Virus record (IMG/VR): IMGVR_UViG_3300027973_002292
Span: 1-64,000 of that record
Length of the DNA: 64,000 bases
Source of the DNA: a virus
Strand: one strand, 5' to 3'
The position numbers were made by a program, and so were the translations under genes. The notes beneath the pieces were generated by a model. It was not told the DNA's origin, did not search any database, and worked only from the letters and a program-made list of their open reading frames with translations. The number at the start of each line of letters is the position of its first letter. Position 1 is the stretch's first letter. This document shows positions 1 to 8,369 of this stretch, piece after piece.

Positions 1-114
1 CCCTGTCCCCCTTCGCCTGTCCCTGTCCCTGTCCCCCTTCGCCTGTCCCTGTCCCTGTCCCCCTTCGCCTGTCCCTGTCCCTGTCCCCCTTCGCCTGTCC
101 CTGTCCCTGTCCCC
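1..114. repeat. Perfect tandem repeat, 26-bp unit CCCTGTCCCCCTTCGCCTGTCCCTGT x4.4 (may extend left of the window)
   Basis: Identical units at 1-26, 27-52, 53-78 and 79-104, partial unit at 105-114; the minus strand is G-run rich. Confidence 0.97.
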
Positions 115-416
115 AAAGTTGGCGTTTTTTGACCACCTTCACGTTAACGTTAAAATTCGCATCCTGTTTCGCGGGCAGTGTCACCACAGCGGGCAATTTT
201 AAGCCTTTCAAAAAACAGCGTTTTTGTTGGGCTTTTCGCAAAAAATCTCCAAGTCAAGCAAAAAACAAAACGCGCCATATCGAATCCTAGAGCGTTTTTT
301 GACCATATCGACCGCCTAGGGACAACCCACCGATTCCCAAAACTAGCAAGAAAAATCGTAAAAATATTTTCATGCCAAGTGCCTGGGATTTTGTGAAATT
401 TATTTTTTTTAAATGC

Positions 417-445
417 TTGACAGCCCCTTTTTGAAATGTTACAAT
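417..445 (+). promoter_or_regulatory. Near-consensus sigma70 promoter with extended -10
   Basis: TTGACA (417-422), 17-bp spacer ending in TGn, TACAAT (440-445); no credible ORF directly downstream. Confidence 0.7.
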
Positions 446-739
446 CCCGCTCGCCTGGGATCGCGCGGGGGGGCCCTTTCTTCAATCTCCCCTTATTCCA
501 TTAAACTCTTTTAAAAAACCAAAGTAAAAAATTCACGGCAAGTATTTTCTCTTATAGGTCTATTAAGATATCCCATAAAAAAACAAAAGCCCCTCCCGTT
601 TTTCTATTATTTCTATTTAATTTATCTTTATGGGACGCCGTAGGCCGCAAAAAATCCCCAGAGGTTTTTCTCATTTAAAGGCCTTTCTAGTTATAATCTT
701 TAAAATAAATAAAAAGGAGGCGGCCTCGCCGAAAAAAAT

Positions 740-768
740 TTGACAAAATGCCCCGAATGGTCAACAAT
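740..768 (+). promoter_or_regulatory. Possible sigma70 promoter for the beta-barrel gene
   Basis: TTGACA (740-745), 17-bp spacer, weak -10 AACAAT (763-768), ATG at 777. Confidence 0.45.
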
Positions 769-776
769 ACTATGCT

Positions 777-1469
777 ATGAATAAACTATTCAAGATTGCA
801 CTATTAATTGCAACCCTAAATATCTCAGCTTTTGCTGAAAGTAACACAATTACAGCCGCGATTGATGCGGGATACACCTCAAGCTACCTAGTAAACAACC
901 TCGTTCAAGCAAAGGACGCTGCTGTTGCTGGAGTAACACTCGGAAAGACCTATGCGGGAGTTGATTTCTCGCTTAAGGGTCAGTATCTTCCAATTGCCTC
1001 TGGCACAGACTCTAGCCATTGGGGCCTTGGGGTTGGCAAGTCGTTCGAGGCTCTAAAAGAGCTAACCGTTCGCACAGATGCGGGAGTAACTCGTCACCAA
1101 ACCGGGCAAGCCCTAATTCAAAACTACACAGAAGTTAACGCTAGAGTTGCTCTTGAGAATAGTTTCTTTGTTCCTTATGTTAAGGCGATCTACAATGTTG
1201 AGCTAGACCAATCTGGCGCAACAGTTGGTATGGAGAAGCGCTTTTCTCTATACGAATTCCACTTCGCCCCTGCTGTAGAGTATACTATGCTAACAGATGC
1301 TAAGACATACGCTGTTAAGCTTGCAATCTCTCGTAACATCTGGAAGAACCTAGATGCGTTCACTGAAGTAGCTTATATCAAGAACGATTTTTCTACTAGC
1401 AAACACACTTTTGCGCTAAAGGAGTTCGATGGCGCAGTTGGCACCGCTGGTCTTCGCTGGACCTTCTAA
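777..1469 (+). CDS. Secreted outer-membrane beta-barrel (porin-like) protein
   Basis: Signal peptide (MNKLFKIALLIATLNISAFA), alternating amphipathic beta-strands, C-terminal BAM-type signal GLRWTF ending in Phe. Confidence 0.8.
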   Translation: MNKLFKIALLIATLNISAFAESNTITAAIDAGYTSSYLVNNLVQAKDAAVAGVTLGKTYAGVDFSLKGQYLPIASGTDSSHWGLGVGKSFEALKELTVRTDAGVTRHQTGQALIQNYTEVNARVALENSFFVPYVKAIYNVELDQSGATVGMEKRFSLYEFHFAPAVEYTMLTDAKTYAVKLAISRNIWKNLDAFTEVAYIKNDFSTSKHTFALKEFDGAVGTAGLRWTF

Positions 1470-1493
1470 AAAACATATAAGTTCAGTAGTTCT

Positions 1494-1525
1494 AATCCTC
1501 AAGTTGAAAAACTTGGGGATTTTTT
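1494..1525 (+). terminator. Rho-independent terminator
   Basis: AATCCTCAAGTT-GAAA-AACTTGGGGATT stem-loop followed by a T run. Confidence 0.85.
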
Positions 1526-1547
1526 ATTATTACATATATAATAGCTA

Positions 1548-2276
1548 ATGTCAAAACAAGATAAGTCACCAAAGATTCTTCAGAGAGACAAGTTCAAAGA
1601 AGAAATAAAGATTAGAGACCTCAACTGGACAGACAAACAAAAAGAATTCATAAATATAGCTCTAGATAAGAACGTAAAAATGATGTTTATTAGCGGCCCC
1701 GCCGGCTCTTCTAAAACTTTACTAAGTATATATTGCGCTCTTCACCTAATAAAGGAAAAGAAAGTTAGTGACATTATGTATATCCGATCTCCAGTAGAGA
1801 GCAGCGATAGCAAAATCGGTTTCCTACCAGGAGACGCTGATGAAAAGCTAAAGTACTACAACTTACCCTTTGCTGATAAGCTAGACGAACTACTATCTAA
1901 GCCATCTATAGAGTCTCTTAACAATCAAGGCAGACTTCAGAGTCATCCATTGTCATTTGTGCGCGGTATGAGTTGGAACTGCAAGGCTATTATTCTTGAT
2001 GAGGCCCAAAACTGCACTCAAAAAGAAATAGTTACCCTAATGACAAGAGTAGGAGAGTTTAGCAAGTGCTTTATCTTAGCAGATCCTGATCAATCTGACT
2101 TGGCTCATGGTAAGTCTGGCGGATTTGAGAAGCTCCAAGCTGTTTTCGGGGAAGATGACAGCAAAGAAAAGGGAATCTACTCTTTCCACTTCACCGAAGA
2201 AGACATTAAGAGAAGCGATATAGTCAAATTTATAGTTAAAAAACTAAAAAACTTTTCTCCAGCCTTGAGAGTATAA
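1548..2276 (+). CDS. phoH: PhoH-family ATPase
   Basis: GPAGSSKT Walker A variant, IGFLPG, FVRGMS, IILDEAQN, TRVGE, DPDQSDL and DIKRS motifs typical of PhoH. Confidence 0.92.
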   Translation: MSKQDKSPKILQRDKFKEEIKIRDLNWTDKQKEFINIALDKNVKMMFISGPAGSSKTLLSIYCALHLIKEKKVSDIMYIRSPVESSDSKIGFLPGDADEKLKYYNLPFADKLDELLSKPSIESLNNQGRLQSHPLSFVRGMSWNCKAIILDEAQNCTQKEIVTLMTRVGEFSKCFILADPDQSDLAHGKSGGFEKLQAVFGEDDSKEKGIYSFHFTEEDIKRSDIVKFIVKKLKNFSPALRV

Positions 2277-2528
2277 ATATTTTGTTAAGGTAGCTGAAAA
2301 TTTTCTTACCTTTTTTTCCGTTTTTTCAAAAAAGAAAGCATGAGTGAACTCTTCAATAGTAACAGCCAGCTCTCTTCTAGGGAGCAAAGATGGGTCAATA
2401 ACAATCTTGGGGTTTTTAGACTCAGGATTGTCGCAAAGCCCTTCAGCAGCGAACTTATACTTAGGTTTAACCTTATCTACAGTATATTCGTAGCCTTCGT
2501 CTGTTTTGAATTTGAAACCTTTACGCAT
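2244..2528 (-). CDS. Small zincin/ImmA-like fold protein with variant EExxH motif (start moved to ATG at 2528)
   Basis: 94-aa ORF MRKGFKFKTD...; G-L-C...I-V-I-D-P-S-L...TIEEFTHAFF...E resembles phage HExxH metallopeptidase-like proteins; the 2606 start would overlap the divergent gene. Confidence 0.55.
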   Translation of the reverse strand: MRKGFKFKTDEGYEYTVDKVKPKYKFAAEGLCDNPESKNPKIVIDPSLLPRRELAVTIEEFTHAFFFEKTEKKVRKFSATLTKYLYSQGWRKVF

Positions 2529-2566
2529 ATTTCTTATAATAATCAACCATGAAAACTTATTGTCAA
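2512..2566. promoter_or_regulatory. Overlapping divergent sigma70-like promoters
   Basis: Plus strand: TTGAAA (2512-2517), 17 bp, TATAAT (2535-2540), ATG 2549. Minus strand: TTGACA (2566-2561) with TATTAT/GATTAT around 2544-2536, ATG 2528. Confidence 0.55.
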
Positions 2567-2944
2567 AAATGCGGGACAGGAATAGATTACGCATACGAAA
2601 AACCAAATTTCTGTACTAAGTGTGGATTCAATTTCTCGCCAGTCAAGTCTGCACTTGCAAAAACTATTCCCCCCAGACAAAAGATTATTACACCTTCTGA
2701 AGAGGAAACGGAAGATGTCGAGTCTTTGGAAAATATTAAGAACATGTCTTGTTTAGATGTGGAGATCTCAGCATCGCCAGACCGTAAAACTAAATTTAAA
2801 GACATAATTGGCACAAGGTCAGATTCTCCAGCCCAAGAAGACCAAATTCAAGTTGGACCTGTAGATAAGAAAGAATTCTTAGAGTCGTTCAGGAAAGAAG
2901 CTGGATTCTATCCATCCAGAAACCAAAATGATGAAGAAGAATAA
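2549..2944 (+). CDS. Zinc-ribbon protein with acidic tail
   Basis: YCQKCG...NFCTKCG double CxxC at the N-terminus. Confidence 0.8.
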   Translation: MKTYCQKCGTGIDYAYEKPNFCTKCGFNFSPVKSALAKTIPPRQKIITPSEEETEDVESLENIKNMSCLDVEISASPDRKTKFKDIIGTRSDSPAQEDQIQVGPVDKKEFLESFRKEAGFYPSRNQNDEEE

Positions 2945-3611
2945 ATTAAAATTTGAAAAGAATTTAGATTTAATTAATACGGAAATCCTTAAAAGGAAAA
3001 ATAAGTGGACCTTATCCGCTCTTAACTGGATCGATTTTGAAGACGTAGCTCAGATAGTAGTGTTCCATTTATTCAAAAAGTGGGATCTCTACGATCCTGC
3101 AAAACCAATGCTACCTTGGGTAAACAGAATCATATCTAATCAAATAAAAAACATAATTAGAAATAATTATGGTAATTACGCTAGACCATGCTTAAAGTGC
3201 GCCGCTTCTTTAGGCGATTCTGGTTGTAAAATATATGGAGAGCAAAACTCAGATTGCCCCATGTACAAAAATTGGAAAAATACAAAAAAGAACGCTTACG
3301 ATATAAAAATGGCAGTATCAATTGAAGATCACCCAACAGAAATAAACAATAGATGCCAAGAATCTTTAGATATACAAAAAGCTACAGCAAATTTAAACAT
3401 AGTAATGCAAAAGGTTCTTAAACCTATGGAGTGGCAAGTGTATGATTTGCTATATATTCAATTAAAAAGCGAAGAACAAGTTTGCAAAATCTTAAAACTA
3501 AAATTCGATAAGAATTCTAAAACAGGATACAATAAACAGCTTAGAAACATTCAGAAATCTATAATAAAAAAAGCAAAACTTGTTATTAGAAACGGAGAAG
3601 TGGACCTATGA
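2928..3611 (+). CDS. Phage-encoded sigma70/ECF-like sigma factor with a Cys-rich insertion (candidate late sigma)
   Basis: Region-2-like DFEDVAQ...WDLYDPAKPMLPWVNRIISNQIKNIIR, CLKC...C...C insert, region-4-like LKPMEWQVYDLLY...SEEQVCKIL HTH. Confidence 0.75.
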   Translation: MMKKNKLKFEKNLDLINTEILKRKNKWTLSALNWIDFEDVAQIVVFHLFKKWDLYDPAKPMLPWVNRIISNQIKNIIRNNYGNYARPCLKCAASLGDSGCKIYGEQNSDCPMYKNWKNTKKNAYDIKMAVSIEDHPTEINNRCQESLDIQKATANLNIVMQKVLKPMEWQVYDLLYIQLKSEEQVCKILKLKFDKNSKTGYNKQLRNIQKSIIKKAKLVIRNGEVDL

Positions 3612-4699
3612 CCCAACCAATTTTAACAAAAGAACAAGAAGATTTAGTAATACAGCTCTGGAACGATAATAAGGATAACCCCCCAAGTCTTCAAGACCTT
3701 ACTCAAAAAGTTTTTCCCGAAATCGCTAATGTTGATGGCAGAAGTGTTTATGGTAAAGCAGTAAAAGTTTTTTTAGCCTCTAGATCTTTAAATGTAAAAA
3801 CTAAAAGCCAATACACCCCGAAAACCAGAGTAGACTTCTCTCAAGACCAGAAAGATTATATTTGTAATAATGCTTCTTTAATGTCTGCTGTAGAAATATC
3901 TAGGGAACTTTTTCAAAACTACTCTTTAAACAACCTTTCTATAGAATCAAGAAGCGTTCAAGAATATTTAGATTCTTTGCCAAAGCAAGTTAACCCAGGA
4001 ACGAGTCACGAAGAAGAAGAGACTCAAGGAGACTATAAACCGCCTAAAAATATTGAGCGAGCTACAGTTAGAGTAAATAAGTATGTTCTTAATGGTTTAG
4101 ATAAAGATAAAATCTCAGCCAAAAACAAAAAAGAATTAACATCTCTCATATCTTATTTGCATACCTACAGATTTTTGCATCAAATAGCAACATACGGAAA
4201 GCAGGGAGATAGGGATTTATTTGAGAGCAGTTTTATAAGATACACTTATGATAAATCAGACCTAACGCAAGAAGAAGTAGATCAATATATTGTTTTGGCC
4301 ACTGAAGTTGTAATATCATCAAATATTCAAGCGGCAATTCAAACTCTTCAAGAGCAAATAGACATAGAGATAAGTTCTGGTAATAGAATCCCTATGCCTA
4401 TTATAGAAGCAGTGACTTCTGCTCGTACAGAATACAATCAATGCGTAAGTCGTCAGCAAAAACTTCTTAACGATCTAAAAGTAAAAAGAAGCGAAAGACT
4501 TTCTAGTCAAGTAAAAGATAACGCCTCGATTCTTAACCTTGTTCAGATGTGGAAAGACGAAGACACTAGAAAAGAAATGATAAAAATGGCAGATATGAGA
4601 AGAGAAGTCTTAAAGGGAGAGATTGGGCGCTTGTCATCTATGGACGATGTTAAAGCTAGAATTTTTGGTCTTACAGAAGAGGAGGTTTTAGATGGTTAA
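3608..4699 (+). CDS. Hypothetical protein, helical/coiled-coil with possible HTH; positional candidate for terminase small subunit
   Basis: 363-aa ORF overlapping both neighbours, two genes upstream of TerL. Confidence 0.5.
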   Translation: MTQPILTKEQEDLVIQLWNDNKDNPPSLQDLTQKVFPEIANVDGRSVYGKAVKVFLASRSLNVKTKSQYTPKTRVDFSQDQKDYICNNASLMSAVEISRELFQNYSLNNLSIESRSVQEYLDSLPKQVNPGTSHEEEETQGDYKPPKNIERATVRVNKYVLNGLDKDKISAKNKKELTSLISYLHTYRFLHQIATYGKQGDRDLFESSFIRYTYDKSDLTQEEVDQYIVLATEVVISSNIQAAIQTLQEQIDIEISSGNRIPMPIIEAVTSARTEYNQCVSRQQKLLNDLKVKRSERLSSQVKDNASILNLVQMWKDEDTRKEMIKMADMRREVLKGEIGRLSSMDDVKARIFGLTEEEVLDG

Positions 4700-5612
4700 A
4701 TGTAAAATTTGCAATGTAGAGTTCGAAACAGATAAATCTTTTCATGGGCATCTTAAGTCTCATCAATTGAGAATGGTAGAGTACTACCAAACTCATGAAC
4801 CAAGACACGACCTGCTCACTGGAGAATTAATAAACTTTAAAAACAAAGACTATTACTTCTCTAACGATTTCAATAATAAAAACTCCATGAAAAAATGGCT
4901 TAGCCAGCAAACCGCTGAGGGCCAGAAAGAATATTTAAAAAAACTCCTCTCTCAAAGAAAACAAAAACACAACTTAATTTATGCACCTACTGAAGTCGAG
5001 CTTAGATCTATTACTAGCCCGCCCGTTCCTTATTATCATAAGCTTTTTTTGGATTACTATGACATTTGCAATTCTTTGGGCTATAAAATCAAATACGCAT
5101 ACCCAAAAGAAGCGCTAAAATATAAAATTAAAGACGGTTTTAGTATTTATATTGATACAAGAGAGCAGATGCCTCTAGTTATTGATTATCCCACCGAAAT
5201 CAAGGGTTTAAAATTTGGAGACTACGCTATCAATGACCCGAATAACAAATGCTATATAGAAAGAAAGTCTATCTCTGATTTTATTGGCACAATGAGCGGC
5301 GGATACGAGAGATTCTGTAGAGAGATAGAGCGCTCCATAGCAGCAGAGGCTAATCTAATTGTACTAATAGAGCGACCACTACAAGAGTGTTTGAGTTTTC
5401 AACATTTAGATTATGTATCTAAGAAAATTAAAGTTACTCCAGAGTTCGTTTTCTTTAATGTAAGAGAACTAATACAAAAATACACCAATGTTCAGTTTTT
5501 ATTCGTAGACGGCAGAGAAGAGTGCGTAAGAGTAATGAAAAGAATATTCTTTAGCAATGGAGAATATAAAAAATACGACTTACAATTAATGTACGACTTA
5601 AAGCTGTTATAA
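4692..5612 (+). CDS. C2H2 zinc finger fused to ERCC4 (XPF/Mus81-type) nuclease
   Basis: CKIC...FHGHLKSH at the N-terminus; IYIDTREQ, GDY and IERKSISDF (ERKxxxD) ERCC4 motifs. Confidence 0.85.
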   Translation: MVKCKICNVEFETDKSFHGHLKSHQLRMVEYYQTHEPRHDLLTGELINFKNKDYYFSNDFNNKNSMKKWLSQQTAEGQKEYLKKLLSQRKQKHNLIYAPTEVELRSITSPPVPYYHKLFLDYYDICNSLGYKIKYAYPKEALKYKIKDGFSIYIDTREQMPLVIDYPTEIKGLKFGDYAINDPNNKCYIERKSISDFIGTMSGGYERFCREIERSIAAEANLIVLIERPLQECLSFQHLDYVSKKIKVTPEFVFFNVRELIQKYTNVQFLFVDGREECVRVMKRIFFSNGEYKKYDLQLMYDLKLL

Positions 5613-5613
5613 T

Positions 5614-7452
5614 ATGTGGCACGAAACACCTAAATATAAAAAGAAGATTGAAAATTATAACGAAGTTTTTAGTCTGTTAGAAGGCGAGCTTGAAGATAGA
5701 GAGGCTAAGATTACTTTGTGCAAATTTTTGCGACAAAATCTTTATTTAACAACTTATCTATTAACTGGGATAAAACTCTCTGCTTATCAGGAAATCACTC
5801 TTAAAGGAATGTTTAATAGAAACTTTTCTATGTGCGTGTGGGGTCGTGGTTGCGGTAAGTCGTTCATTGCTAGTGTGTATTGTGTGCTACAGTGCATCTT
5901 TGAACCAAATACGAAGATTCTTATAGCAGGCCCAACATTTCGTACAGCTAGAGCTATATTTAATAGCATAGAGAAGATGTCTGAAACTAGAGGCGCAGAG
6001 TTATTGCTGCAAGCTTTTGGCGCTAAGAGCAAAAGAAACGATCTTTACGAATGGGATATTAATGGCGGCTCGATTAGGGCTATTCCTTTAAGCGGCGAAA
6101 AGATTCGTGGTTTTCGCGCGAATATTCTAGTTCTTGACGAGTTCATGCTTTTGCCCGAAGAGATTATTAAAAATGTATTGATGCCATTCCTTGTTGCCCC
6201 GCAAGACATGAAGAGACGTATTGATATTCGTGAAATGGAAGACCTGCTAATCAAAGAAGGCAAAATGAAAGAGGAAGATAGAATGGTGTTTGTAAATAAC
6301 TCGAAAATGATAGCTCTTTCTTCCGCTAGTTATACTTTCGAAAATCTTTATAAAACTTACCAAGAATGGGTTAGCAAAATTACATCTCCAGAGAATGCAG
6401 AGTCTACTTATTTTGTTTCGCAATTAGGTTACGAAGCTTTACCAGCAGAAATGATAGATAAAACTATTATTGAAGAGGCCCAAAGTGGCGGGACTTCTCA
6501 TTCTGCATTTCTTAGAGAGTACTGCGCTCAGTTCACAGATGGATCAGACAGTTACTTTAGCGCAAAGAAGATGGAAGAATGTACTCTTAAAGATGAGTAC
6601 CCGCACACTCTGATTAGAGGATCTTCTGGAAAAAGATATGTTGTAGGAATTGACCCTAACATGAGCGATAGTCCAAATGCAGACTATTTTGCTATGGCGG
6701 TACTAGAGATAGACGACGATACTGGAGTAGGAGTGCTTGTTCATACTTACGCTGGCTTAGGAAATTTAAATAACCATGTTAAATACTTTGCTTACTTGAT
6801 GTCTAGCTTTAATGTTGTTTTAGTTATTTGTGACAATGCTGGAGCAGACATATTCTTAGATACTTGCAACGAATCTGATGTCTTTAAATCTAATAAATTA
6901 AAAATTAGAGCCTTTGATTTTAATTCTGATTTAGATGGTTCAGAGTACGAGGCAGAAGCTCGAAATGCCAAATCCCAATACAATCAAACAGAGGGAAAAA
7001 TAGCTTTTAGCCAAGTCTTCTCTTCTGGATTCATTAGAAAGGGCAACGAATATCTGCAAGCTTGTATCGACTATAAGAAAGTTTTATTCGCTTCTAGGAC
7101 TTGCTCTAACGATAAGTTTTTTAGCCAAGTTATAGACTCTCATTTGCCAAGAGAATTAATATTTAATGGCGACAAGCAGGAATGGACCAACCTTGATTTT
7201 ATTGAGAGCCAAGACGATTATATATATCAAACAAAAAAACAATGCGCTCTAGTAGAATACACAACAAGTTCTAGAGGAATGCAAAATTTTGATTTGCCTC
7301 AGCACCTTAAGCGAGGATCTTCAGCAACAAGAGCTAGAAAAGATAACTATTCTGCATTTATGTTGGCTAACTGGGGATTGAAATCTTATAATGAAATAAT
7401 GAAGCAAAATACTGAAAATAATACATTTACATTTACTCCAGTAATGTTTTAG
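5614..7452 (+). CDS. terL: Terminase large subunit
   Basis: Walker A WGRGCGKS, IRGFRANILVLDE Walker B, REYCAQF, RNase H-like VVGIDP and late KDNYSA. Confidence 0.92.
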   Translation: MWHETPKYKKKIENYNEVFSLLEGELEDREAKITLCKFLRQNLYLTTYLLTGIKLSAYQEITLKGMFNRNFSMCVWGRGCGKSFIASVYCVLQCIFEPNTKILIAGPTFRTARAIFNSIEKMSETRGAELLLQAFGAKSKRNDLYEWDINGGSIRAIPLSGEKIRGFRANILVLDEFMLLPEEIIKNVLMPFLVAPQDMKRRIDIREMEDLLIKEGKMKEEDRMVFVNNSKMIALSSASYTFENLYKTYQEWVSKITSPENAESTYFVSQLGYEALPAEMIDKTIIEEAQSGGTSHSAFLREYCAQFTDGSDSYFSAKKMEECTLKDEYPHTLIRGSSGKRYVVGIDPNMSDSPNADYFAMAVLEIDDDTGVGVLVHTYAGLGNLNNHVKYFAYLMSSFNVVLVICDNAGADIFLDTCNESDVFKSNKLKIRAFDFNSDLDGSEYEAEARNAKSQYNQTEGKIAFSQVFSSGFIRKGNEYLQACIDYKKVLFASRTCSNDKFFSQVIDSHLPRELIFNGDKQEWTNLDFIESQDDYIYQTKKQCALVEYTTSSRGMQNFDLPQHLKRGSSATRARKDNYSAFMLANWGLKSYNEIMKQNTENNTFTFTPVMF

Positions 7453-7458
7453 TGTAAT
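7452..7458 (+). promoter_or_regulatory. GTGTAAT putative phage late promoter
   Basis: Recurrent motif upstream of structural genes; ATG at 7470. Confidence 0.6.
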
Positions 7459-7469
7459 CCCATTGGGGT

Positions 7470-8360
7470 ATGCCTAATTTAATCAGAAGAAAACAAGTTG
7501 ATCAATCAGAGTTTTCTGGCTTTTTTGTAGAAGTCGGAGGTGTTAATTATTATCCTCTCGCAACTAACCCTTCGAATTTTATTGATGCTGGAGACTTGTC
7601 TACAGCTACTGGACAGGTTTATGTAGATCTTAATGCCGTATCAGGCAATCTAAATACTTCAGTTATTTTATCTGGCCAAAATTCAATAACTTATACAAAT
7701 GTAGTTAGCGGAAATTTGTCTGCTAATTTAGTTTCAACCGGAAGCTCGCTAACCTCTTCTGTGAGTTCTTTAAGCGGATACGTAATATCAGTTAGCGGAA
7801 ATTTAACCGCTGGAATATCGAGTACTAGTGGAGTCTTAAATACAAAAATTAATACTACTAGCGGAGATTTAAAATCGTATACGAATACAGTGTCTGGAAG
7901 TTTATCTTCCCAGATAGTTTCTTCTTCTAGCTCTACGGTTGTTAATTCTATTGTTAGCGGAAATAATTTTAACTTCACTGGGCAAAAAATATTTAACTCT
8001 ACAGTATCTGCTTCAAGGATTAATTTAAGTGGGCTGGCAGCGCCTAGTCAAATCGCTATAATAGCGTCTTCTGGAATGGTATCTATAGTTGGGTCTTCTG
8101 GAACTTTCGTGTCTTTTGTTGAGACTGGAATTGGTAGCGCATCTAATTCTTTATTTGCAGTCACAGACGCCGCTGGATTGCCTATGATAGAACTATATGA
8201 CGATTATAAATTAGTTTTAGGTCATGACTCTAGAAAATCTATAGTTCTGAGTGGAATTTCTGGATATGTAATCATGCCTAGCTTACCAGACTATACTCAA
8301 ACCACTAGTTTACCTAGCGGGTCAATTTTCAGAAGCGGCAATTTTTTAATGATTAAATAA
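7470..8360 (+). CDS. Ser/Gly-rich virion fibre-like protein (coiled coil plus fibre module)
   Basis: ~11-residue SG-periodic segment; SLFAVTDAAGLPMIELYDD resembles the module in the 17684 fibre; N-terminus paralogous to 14323. Confidence 0.6.
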   Translation: MPNLIRRKQVDQSEFSGFFVEVGGVNYYPLATNPSNFIDAGDLSTATGQVYVDLNAVSGNLNTSVILSGQNSITYTNVVSGNLSANLVSTGSSLTSSVSSLSGYVISVSGNLTAGISSTSGVLNTKINTTSGDLKSYTNTVSGSLSSQIVSSSSSTVVNSIVSGNNFNFTGQKIFNSTVSASRINLSGLAAPSQIAIIASSGMVSIVGSSGTFVSFVETGIGSASNSLFAVTDAAGLPMIELYDDYKLVLGHDSRKSIVLSGISGYVIMPSLPDYTQTTSLPSGSIFRSGNFLMIK

Positions 8361-8369
8361 GGAACAAGA

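Noticed and set aside
1-114. CRISPR array
   Set aside because: Units are directly adjacent with no unique spacers, and there are no cas genes in the window
150-485. ORFs 150..485 (-) and 178..396 (+)
   Set aside because: They lie in a homopolymer-rich regulatory-looking region, lack convincing starts and have no protein-like motifs
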